From Firmicutes bacterium UBA993 (GTDB lineage Bacteria > Bacillota > Dethiobacteria > DTU022), in assembly GCA_002292015.1 (NCBI GenBank), contig DBBD01000051.1:1-41891 (forward strand): DNA of 41,891 nt. Reading direction: 5' to 3'. Below are positions 29,104 to 38,369 of the stretch, piece after piece (positions within the stretch are counted from its first letter, which is position 1; every line of letters starts with the position of its first letter). A program made the translations under genes and the position numbers. Under the pieces are notes generated by a model. It saw only the letters and a program-made list of their open reading frames with translations. It was not told the origin of the DNA and made no database searches.

Positions 29104-30057
29104 ATGCAGCAGTTAGTCGAAGAACTGCTCAAGGGTAACAGGCGTGCTGCAGCTCGCCTGATTACTCTTGTTGAGAATGATGACCGGCGAAAATTTGAAC
29201 TTTTACAAGCTATTTATCCACATACGGGACACGCTTACGTGGTGGGTATTACCGGCGCACCCGGTGCCGGTAAAAGCTCGCTTGTTGATAGGTTGCTCCA
29301 GGTGATCCGGGCCGAAGGTTTAAGCATCGGCGTTATCGCGGTAGATCCAACCAGTCCCTTCAGTGATGGGGCGATTCTGGGCGATCGGATTCGAATGCAG
29401 GATCACGCTCTTGATCGGGAGATCTTTATTCGCAGCATGGCCACAAGGGGCAGCCTGGGAGGGCTTTCAAGGGCAACGAAAGAAGCAATCCAGGTACTGG
29501 ATGCTTTTGGCAAAGACCTGGTATTAGTTGAAACTGTCGGTGTGGGGCAATCGGAAGTTGATATTGTAAAAACTGCCGATACTACTATCGTGGTGCTCAC
29601 CCCTGCCGGCGGGGACAGCGTTCAAACCCTGAAAGCGGGAATAATGGAAATCGCTGATCTTTTTGTGGTCAATAAAGCTGACTTGCCGGGAGTGGATAGA
29701 ACCGTTACCGAGATTAACATGATGCTTGATATGAAAAATGACGTACCATGGCGTCCGGCAGTTATCCCGACGGTTTCGATCAGGGGCGAAGGAATCGAAA
29801 AAATCTGGTCTTCCATAAAAGAACACCGTCACCACCTTGAAACAAGCGGGCGCTTAGCTGAAGCGCGCCTGCGACGGGTAAAACGGGAGTTAACTGAACA
29901 GGTTGAATACCTGGTAAAAAGCCGCTTTTGGGAAGAGGTAAAAGAAAAGTTTTTCTTAGGTGAGATTTTTGAAAAAATAGCCCGCCGCGAAAAAGATCCC
30001 TACAGTTCAGCTTGTGAACTGCTGGATTCAACTAATTTCTTTGAGCGTAAAAGCTGA
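29104..30057 (+). CDS. meaB: MeaB/ArgK-type G-protein chaperone for B12-dependent mutases
   Basis: [13 protein letters not shown]-loop [37 protein letters not shown] and NKAD. Confidence 0.9.
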   Translation: MQQLVEELLKGNRRAAARLITLVENDDRRKFELLQAIYPHTGHAYVVGITGAPGAGKSSLVDRLLQVIRAEGLSIGVIAVDPTSPFSDGAILGDRIRMQDHALDREIFIRSMATRGSLGGLSRATKEAIQVLDAFGKDLVLVETVGVGQSEVDIVKTADTTIVVLTPAGGDSVQTLKAGIMEIADLFVVNKADLPGVDRTVTEINMMLDMKNDVPWRPAVIPTVSIRGEGIEKIWSSIKEHRHHLETSGRLAEARLRRVKRELTEQVEYLVKSRFWEEVKEKFFLGEIFEKIARREKDPYSSACELLDSTNFFERKS

Positions 30058-30070
30058 AGCAGGTGATTTT

Positions 30071-31735
30071 ATGAGCTATTTTAAGAGTAATCCCGATCTT
30101 GAAGCCAGCCTGAAAGAGTGGCAGGAGAAGATTTCAGCAATGGCTGAGCGACCGGGTCCTTTTACCACACTATCCGGTGTGCCGGTTAAGCAGATCTATA
30201 CTCCTCTTGATCTGAGAGAGTTGGATTACGATGCTGATCTTGGCCTCCCCGGCTCTTACCCCTATACCAGGGGGGTGCAGGAAAATATGTACCGGGGGCG
30301 CTACTGGACAATGCGGCAGTTTTCCGGCTTTGGCGACGCGATCGACTCGAACCGTCGCTACCGTTACCTGCTTGAGCAGGGGCAAACCGGATTGTCGGTT
30401 GCGTTCGATCTGCCGACGATCATGGGCTACGATTCCGATCACGAGCGATCTTTGGGTGAAGTCGGGCGCTGCGGCGTTGCAATCGATTCGCTTCAGGATA
30501 TGGAAATTCTTTTCAACCAGATTCCCTTGGATCAGGTAACCACTTCGATGACGATCAACGGGCCTGCGGCGATACTTTGGTGCATGTACCTGGCCAATGC
30601 CCAAAATCAGGGGGTTGGCCTGCACCAGGTCGGCGGGACTATCCAAAATGATATATTGAAAGAATATATTGCCCAAAAATCATGGATTTTTCCGCCCGAG
30701 CCATCGATACGCCTGATTACCGATATATTTGCTTTTGCCGCAGATCACGTACCGAAGTGGAACACGATCAGTATCAGCGGTTACCACATCAGGGAAGCCG
30801 GTTCAACCGCTGCACAGGAGCTTGCATTTACCCTGGCTGACGGATTTGCCTACGTTGAAGCCGGCCTTGCAGCCGGTTTAAATGTTGACACGTTTGCGCC
30901 CCGTCTCTCTTTCTTTTTTAACGCCCATATCGATTTTTTTGAAGAAATATGCAAATATCGGGCAGCCCGCCGGATCTGGGCCCGCCACCTGAAAGAACGT
31001 TACGGCGCCAAAGATCCCCGATCCCTGAAGCTGCGTTTTCACACCCAGACAGCGGGGTGCAGCCTGACCGCCCAGGAACCGGAAAATAACATTGTGCGTA
31101 CCACGATCGAGGCTCTTTCGGCAGTCCTCGGCGGAACCCAATCTTTGCATACCAATTCCATGGACGAGGTGTTAGCGCTGCCCACGGAAAAAGCGGTTAC
31201 CATCGCCTTGCGAACGCAGCAGATCATCGCCTATGAAAGTGGCGTGGCTAACACAATCGATCCGCTTGCCGGCTCGTTTTATGTAGAAACGTTAACCGAC
31301 CGGATGGAGCAGGAAGCGGAAGCTTATTTTGCAAAGATTGAGCAGCTTGGCGGGGTTTTGAAGGCGATCGATTGCGGCTTTTTTCAGCAGGAGATCGCTG
31401 ATGCCGCTTATCTTTATCAGCAGGCGGTGGATAAAAGGGAACGCCTAGTTGTCGGTGTCAATAGCTTTAACAGCGAAGAGAAACCGCAGCTCGAGCTTTT
31501 AAAGATAGATCCTGCTGTAGAGTCGCGACAGGTGGAGCGGCTTAAAAAACTGCGTGAAAAACGTGATAATAACGCTGTCTGCAGTGCCCTGGCCGGGTTG
31601 AAAGTTTGCGCAGCGACAAACGAAAACCTGATCCCAAAAATCCTGGCTGCGGTTAAATGCTATGCCACTGAAGGGGAGATCGTCTCCGCTCTGAAGGAAG
31701 TGTTCGGCGAATATCGGGAGAAGCCCCTATTTTAG
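30071..31735 (+). CDS. icmA: B12-dependent acyl-CoA mutase large (substrate-binding) subunit, isobutyryl-CoA-mutase-like
   Basis: TIM-barrel mutase motifs ([39 protein letters not shown]). The discriminator positions are Phe (30320-30322) and Gln (30674-30676). ATG 30071 follows AGGTGA. The upstream 19 codons in the track overlap meaB. Confidence 0.8.
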   Translation: MSYFKSNPDLEASLKEWQEKISAMAERPGPFTTLSGVPVKQIYTPLDLRELDYDADLGLPGSYPYTRGVQENMYRGRYWTMRQFSGFGDAIDSNRRYRYLLEQGQTGLSVAFDLPTIMGYDSDHERSLGEVGRCGVAIDSLQDMEILFNQIPLDQVTTSMTINGPAAILWCMYLANAQNQGVGLHQVGGTIQNDILKEYIAQKSWIFPPEPSIRLITDIFAFAADHVPKWNTISISGYHIREAGSTAAQELAFTLADGFAYVEAGLAAGLNVDTFAPRLSFFFNAHIDFFEEICKYRAARRIWARHLKERYGAKDPRSLKLRFHTQTAGCSLTAQEPENNIVRTTIEALSAVLGGTQSLHTNSMDEVLALPTEKAVTIALRTQQIIAYESGVANTIDPLAGSFYVETLTDRMEQEAEAYFAKIEQLGGVLKAIDCGFFQQEIADAAYLYQQAVDKRERLVVGVNSFNSEEKPQLELLKIDPAVESRQVERLKKLREKRDNNAVCSALAGLKVCAATNENLIPKILAAVKCYATEGEIVSALKEVFGEYREKPLF

Positions 31736-31750
31736 GATGGAGGTGGGGGA

Positions 31751-32149
31751 GTGAACAGAAGAAAAATCAGGGTGCTGGTGGCCAAACCGGGGCTTGACGG
31801 TCATGACCGCGGGGCCCGAGTTGTGGCCAGGGCCCTGCGTGATGCCGGCATGGAGGTTATTTACAGCGGTTTACACCAAACCCCTGAGCAGGTGGTTGAA
31901 ACTGCCCTGCAGGAGGATGTGGAAGTTGTCGGTTTAAGTATCTTATCCGGCGCGCACATGACCCTTGTCCCTAAAATAAAGCGACTCCTGGTTGAAAATT
32001 CCATGAACGATGTACTGCTGGTGGTTGGTGGAATCATTCCCGAGGAAGACGCCGCTGCATTAATCGCCGGGGGCTTTGCCGGCCAGGTTTTTACCCCCGG
32101 TGATTCGTTGGAAAAGATCTGCAATTATATCAGCAGTAACTTTGAATAA
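31751..32149 (+). CDS. icmB: Acyl-CoA mutase small subunit (B12-binding domain)
   Basis: 132 aa with base-off/His-on motif [15 protein letters not shown] and GGIIP. GTG start behind GGAGGTGGGGGA. Confidence 0.85.
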   Translation: MNRRKIRVLVAKPGLDGHDRGARVVARALRDAGMEVIYSGLHQTPEQVVETALQEDVEVVGLSILSGAHMTLVPKIKRLLVENSMNDVLLVVGGIIPEEDAAALIAGGFAGQVFTPGDSLEKICNYISSNFE

Positions 32150-32163
32150 TAAAGTGACTGCGA

Positions 32164-33186
32164 TCAGGCAGCGCCTTTTTGCCTGCCCGCCAGCTGCCTT
32201 CTCTTGGCCCGGGACGGTTTATGGGGTGTCCAGTTAATAAAGTCGGCAACAGCTTCTACCAGTGGCCTGGCTTGATAACCAAGTTCGCGTTCAGCCTTGA
32301 TCGAACTAAAGGGTGAGCTCTCAAGCAGGGTCTTAAGCGAATAGACGGTATAGCGCGATTTAATTTTGAGCCAGCTTACCAGGCCCTGGAAAAGACCGAG
32401 CAGGAAAATGGCAAAACGAATCGGTATGATCAATTTCGGACTTTTTGTACCGGTTGCTTCCTGGGCCATTAGGCAAAGGCTTTCAACTGAGGCCCGGGTG
32501 CCGGACAATATATAAATTTCCCCGGTAACCCCCTTGTCGCGGGCCAGGATCAGGCCGCGGGCCACATCGCGCACATCGACGAAATCATAGGCGCCATCGA
32601 CCAGAATAGCGGGCTTGGCAGATGCAAAGGATAGCAGAGCTTTGCCCATTTCGGATCCGGAGTAATCATGCGGACCGATGATGCCGCTCGGGCAGGCCAC
32701 TACGGCGTTCAAGCCTTTGCCGGCCAGGTCAAGCACGATCTTCATTCCTTCGGCCTTCGTGCGATCATATGAGCCGGGAGAGCTATCCAGAGCCAGCGGG
32801 GTGGTTTCGTCGATTACAGTTTCAGAAGATCCACGTTTGAAGGCATGGACAGAGCTGACGTGAATAAAACGCCTAATCCTATTTTCCAGGGCTACTTCGG
32901 CCACAGTGCGCGTCCCTTCAACATTTACCAGTTTCATCAGTTTCTCCAGGCCCGGCCTGATGGCAATTATCCCGGCTAAGTGAAAGACTGTGTCCACATC
33001 CTGCATGGCCCGGTTCATCAGCTCACGGTCGAGCACGTCGCCAACTATAACCTCGATCAGCATCCCCTGCAGCGATTTAAGCGGCTCGCCGGGGTAAACC
33101 AGGGCCCGGACCTTTTCTCCTTTAGTCATCAATTCGCGTACCAATACATTCCCAAGGTGACCCGAAGCTCCGGTAACCAGGATCAA
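32164..33186 (-). CDS. NAD(P)-dependent extended SDR (epimerase/dehydratase / HpnA-like) with a hydrophobic C-terminal segment
   Basis: MILVTGASGHLG glycine motif, and YDRTKAEG (YxxxK). Hydrophobic stretch FAIFLLGLFQGLVSWL near the C-terminus. The TTG start is 7 nt after a GGAGG that lies inside the end of the tetR gene. Confidence 0.75.
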   Translation of the reverse strand: MILVTGASGHLGNVLVRELMTKGEKVRALVYPGEPLKSLQGMLIEVIVGDVLDRELMNRAMQDVDTVFHLAGIIAIRPGLEKLMKLVNVEGTRTVAEVALENRIRRFIHVSSVHAFKRGSSETVIDETTPLALDSSPGSYDRTKAEGMKIVLDLAGKGLNAVVACPSGIIGPHDYSGSEMGKALLSFASAKPAILVDGAYDFVDVRDVARGLILARDKGVTGEIYILSGTRASVESLCLMAQEATGTKSPKLIIPIRFAIFLLGLFQGLVSWLKIKSRYTVYSLKTLLESSPFSSIKAERELGYQARPLVEAVADFINWTPHKPSRAKRRQLAGRQKGAA

Positions 33187-33187
33187 T

Positions 33188-33787
33188 TCAATTCCTCCGT
33201 TTCAGACCATCTAATATTATTTGAATACAATCCTGCATCTTTTTTCCCCAATTTTCCTGTTCGTTTTCCAGGGAAGCCTGCAAGAACAGGCCGCTGGAAA
33301 GCGAAAGCAACAGTTGCCCGGCGATCTCAGGATCCACATCACTGATCGCTCCTTGTCCGATGCCGTCTTTGATCAGGTTAGTAAAAGTGTCCTGAAAACG
33401 GCGGTATGGAGTGATTGTGGCCTGCCGGACCTTCTCATTACGGTTGGTATGCGTCCATAACTCCAGGAAAAGCCCCATAAAGAAGCGGTTGTTTTCAAAA
33501 ACCGGCTGCATCATTCCGGCCATCTCCAGCAATCCTTCAGGGACGTTTTCAGCCTGAAAAGTAACTTCGGTAAGGGTCCTTTCAAGGGTGGCCAGCCAAG
33601 TGTCGATTAGGGCCAGGAAAACTGCTTCTTTGCTTTCAAAGTGGTAGTAAAAAGCACCTTTGCTGACACCGGCCCGCTCGCAGATGCCGGCTACCGTAGT
33701 TGATTCAAAACCGTCCCTGGCAAACAGCAAAGTAGCTGCATCGGTAATTGAGTTTTTGGTTTGGGTGCTGCGCTGCTGGTTATTCAT
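33188..33787 (-). CDS. TetR/AcrR family transcriptional regulator
   Basis: N-terminal HTH (ITDAATLLFARDGFESTTVAGICERAGVSKGAFYYHFESKE) and a helical C-terminal ligand domain. Confidence 0.9.
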   Translation of the reverse strand: MNNQQRSTQTKNSITDAATLLFARDGFESTTVAGICERAGVSKGAFYYHFESKEAVFLALIDTWLATLERTLTEVTFQAENVPEGLLEMAGMMQPVFENNRFFMGLFLELWTHTNRNEKVRQATITPYRRFQDTFTNLIKDGIGQGAISDVDPEIAGQLLLSLSSGLFLQASLENEQENWGKKMQDCIQIILDGLKRRN

Positions 33788-33802
33788 AATTCTCCTAAAA
33801 AC

Positions 33803-33812
33803 CGACCGGTCG
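33803..33812. promoter_or_regulatory. Perfect 10-bp palindrome, candidate TetR operator
   Basis: CGACCGGTCG lies 16 nt upstream of the tetR start codon, next to AT-rich -10-like hexamers (TATACT, TATATT). Confidence 0.4.
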
Positions 33813-34044
33813 TTATGTTATTATACTTATATTATAGCGGCATGAAAAAGATGTCAATAAACTATGGAGAAATTATGAAGAAAGTTACCGGTGCTTTGAA
33901 GTTAGCGTTCTGTTCGGTTGGGTGCGAGCGCCACTTTTATAACCGGGCATGCGAAAAGTTGCAGGCCGAAAAGGAAAAACGGACAGTAAAGAGAATTATA
34001 AAACGGATAGATCTGACATTTAATCTTTAACGGCGGTACAATAA

Positions 34045-36087
<2,043 letters not shown>

Positions 36088-36089
36088 AA

Positions 36090-37490
36090 ATGACCACGGG
36101 CGATAATAATCGGGGCGATAGAGCCTTAAATTTTGATATCGATAACTGGTTGCTGCTGCAGGCTATTATCGATTCTCTGTCCGATGCGGTATCAGTTGTT
36201 GATGAAACAGGCAAAGGAATCATGATCAACCGGGCCTATAAGCGGATTACCGGCATGACGGAAGATCAGGTCTTGCATAAGCCGGCCACCGCCGATATAG
36301 CCGAAGGCGAAAGTGTGCACCTGAAGGTTTTAAAGACCGGCCAGGCGATCAAAGGCGTACGGATGAAAGTAGGGCCGTTGCGCCGCGAAGTAATAGTCAG
36401 CTGTGATCCCCTATATATTGGCGGCAAAATCAAGGGCAGCGTGGGAGTAATCCACGATATATCGGAACTACGTTTGGTAATGGAGGAACTCGAGCGCACC
36501 CGCTGGCTCGTCCGTAAACTAGAATCAAAATATACCTTTGAGGACATCATCGGGAACAGCAATAAGTTACAGAAAACGATCGACCGGGCTAAGCAGGCCG
36601 CCGCTACACCGGTATCAGTTATGTTGCGGGGTGAATGCGGAACTGGCAAGGAGCTCTTTGCCCACGCCATTCACCATGCGAGCGACCGCAAAGATCAACC
36701 TTTTATCCGTGTCAACTGCGCCGCGCTCACTGATACGCTACTGGAAAGTGAACTTTTCGGTTATGGAGACGGTGCTTTTACCGGGGCCAAAAAGGGCGGA
36801 AGAAAAGGCTATTTTGAAGAAGCAACCGGCGGTACACTTTTCCTCGACGAAATTGGCGCTATGGGGGCGGAGGCACAGGCAAGGCTGCTTAGAGCACTGC
36901 AGGAGGGTGAAATAATCAGGGTCGGTGAATCGAGAAGCCGGCAGATTGATGTAAGAATTATTGCCGCTACCAACGCTAATTTAGAAAAGCTAGTCGAACG
37001 GGGTCTCTTTCGCAACGATCTCTATTACCGGCTTAATGTTTTTCCGATCCAGATGCCGCTTTTAGCAGAGATTAAGAGCGATATACCACTTTTGGCCAAC
37101 TTTTATGCAACACGGTATGCACAGGAATACGGACGCAATGCGGTCGAGATTGCCCCTGAAGTTTTCCGGAAATTAAAGAGCTATGATTGGCCCGGTAATA
37201 TCCGGGAGCTGCAGAACGTGATGGCGCAGGCAGTGATTAATCTCGATCGCCGGGAAAATGTGATGAGAGTGGAACAGGTAACTTTACCTGTTGCCACGCC
37301 CGCTACGGAGTCGCTCCGGTTCAAGGAACCGTTGGCGGGCAATCTAAAGGATCTGCACCGGGACTGGGAAAAGATGGTGTTGGAAAAGGCTATTAGCGCC
37401 GCAGGAGGCAACAAAGCTGAAGCAGCCAGGGTTCTCGAGATTTCTATTCGTAGCCTCTATAATAAATTACACCGGCACCGGATGATTTAA
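36090..37490 (+). CDS. Sigma-54-dependent transcriptional activator with N-terminal PAS sensor domain
   Basis: PAS-like N-terminus (IIDSLSDAVSVVDETGKGIMINRAY...). AAA+ core has Walker A GECGTGKE, ESELFGY and the GAFTGA loop. C-terminal Fis-type HTH (GGNKAEAARVLEISIRSLYNKL). Starts 2 nt after the ligA stop. Confidence 0.9.
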   Translation: MTTGDNNRGDRALNFDIDNWLLLQAIIDSLSDAVSVVDETGKGIMINRAYKRITGMTEDQVLHKPATADIAEGESVHLKVLKTGQAIKGVRMKVGPLRREVIVSCDPLYIGGKIKGSVGVIHDISELRLVMEELERTRWLVRKLESKYTFEDIIGNSNKLQKTIDRAKQAAATPVSVMLRGECGTGKELFAHAIHHASDRKDQPFIRVNCAALTDTLLESELFGYGDGAFTGAKKGGRKGYFEEATGGTLFLDEIGAMGAEAQARLLRALQEGEIIRVGESRSRQIDVRIIAATNANLEKLVERGLFRNDLYYRLNVFPIQMPLLAEIKSDIPLLANFYATRYAQEYGRNAVEIAPEVFRKLKSYDWPGNIRELQNVMAQAVINLDRRENVMRVEQVTLPVATPATESLRFKEPLAGNLKDLHRDWEKMVLEKAISAAGGNKAEAARVLEISIRSLYNKLHRHRMI

Positions 37491-37506
37491 TTTAACAATA
37501 ACTGGC

Positions 37507-37522
37507 TGGTATGAAAATTGCA
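37507..37522 (+). promoter_or_regulatory. Candidate sigma-54 (-24/-12) promoter
   Basis: TGGTATGAAAATTGCA compared with consensus TGGCACG-N4-TTGCA. The GG and GC dinucleotides are at the canonical spacing. Located 17 nt after the activator stop codon. Confidence 0.55.
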
Positions 37523-37524
37523 AA

Positions 37525-37567
37525 AAATATCTCCTGACAGAGAATTTCTCACTGGAGATATTTTTTT
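37525..37567 (+). terminator. Rho-independent terminator of the ligA-activator transcript
   Basis: AAATATCTCC (37525-37534) pairs with GGAGATATTT (37554-37563); the T7 tract (37561-37567) begins within the 3' arm and runs on from it. Confidence 0.75.
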
Positions 37568-37763
37568 GATCGGATGATCCGGCGCTCCCGCAGAAAGCGA
37601 TTTTAACGGTGCCGGCCTGAACAGTAGGTGCTCCGATTTTTTTGCCGCCAGAGATAGTCGCCGAAAGAACGAAAATAAAAGCAACAAAGCAAAGGTAGTC
37701 ATATGCGATAATGCAATATATTGCAAGCAGACAATTGCACAATGCAAAATACTGCAAGGGGGG

Positions 37764-38369
37764 TTGAAGGTGGATCGAGCAATCACTGAGTTTAGGTTAC
37801 ATGGCCGGGGTGGCCAGGGTATCGTTGTTGCTGCAGCTATTTTTGCCGAAGCGGTTTTTATCGATGGCCACTATGCCAGAGCTTTTTCACTGTTTGGCGC
37901 CGAAAGACGCGGTGCGCCGGTAACGGCCTTTATTCGAACCGGTTCGGAGCGTCTGATGCCGCGCAGCCGTATCTACAATCCTGACTGTGTAGTGGTGTTT
38001 GATGCAACAATCAGTGGAAATACTTTGTATGCCGGTCTGAAAGACGAAGGAAAACTGCTCTTAAATGCCGGCCCGGGCCGGCAGGAGATGGTGCCACCCG
38101 ATCTTTTTCTAAACCAACGTTTCCAAATATTTAAGATTAACGCCCGCGATATTGCCTGGAAGCACCAGCTGGCGATTGGCAGTTTTCCGATGATTAACAC
38201 AGTAATGCTGGGCGCAATGGCTAAGGTCAGCGGGCTGGCGACGATCGAGGCGTTGATCAAGTCAATTCGGCAAAGAGTCTCGGCCAGTATTGATGCCAAC
38301 ATTAAAGCGGCCATCGACGGATACGAAAATGTAGAGGAGGTGTCATGTTTTGTTAGAGGCACCAGTTAG
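37764..38369 (+). CDS. 2-oxoacid:ferredoxin oxidoreductase, gamma subunit
   Basis: FRLHGRGGQGIVVAAAIFAEA... is a typical POR/VOR/KOR gamma N-terminus. GTG start behind AAGGGGGG. Confidence 0.85.
   Translation: MKVDRAITEFRLHGRGGQGIVVAAAIFAEAVFIDGHYARAFSLFGAERRGAPVTAFIRTGSERLMPRSRIYNPDCVVVFDATISGNTLYAGLKDEGKLLLNAGPGRQEMVPPDLFLNQRFQIFKINARDIAWKHQLAIGSFPMINTVMLGAMAKVSGLATIEALIKSIRQRVSASIDANIKAAIDGYENVEEVSCFVRGTS

Noticed and set aside
30014-30070. Upstream extension of the mutase large subunit that overlaps meaB by 44 nt.
   Set aside because: ATG 30071, preceded by AGGTGA, gives the conserved-looking N-terminus. The extension has no RBS and reads through the meaB 3' end.
30071-31735. Default annotation as methylmalonyl-CoA mutase.
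   Set aside because: The carboxylate-binding Tyr and Arg positions are Phe and Gln here, the isobutyryl-CoA mutase pattern. No methylmalonyl-CoA epimerase or decarboxylase, or propionyl-CoA carboxylase genes, are nearby.
33761-34030. 89-aa ORF between tetR and ligA, or a shorter 51-aa version from ATG 33875 with a GGAG RBS.
   Set aside because: The 5' part overlaps the start of tetR and its promoter/operator region. The short Lys-rich version is possible, but it has no recognisable family and only a weak signal, so I did not call it.
37561-37763. Looked for additional sigma-54 -24/-12 elements closer to the OFOR genes, at several TTGCA motifs.
   Set aside because: None of the TTGCA or CTGCA motifs has a GG dinucleotide at the required 10-nt spacing upstream. 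They are better described as palindromic operator-like sites.
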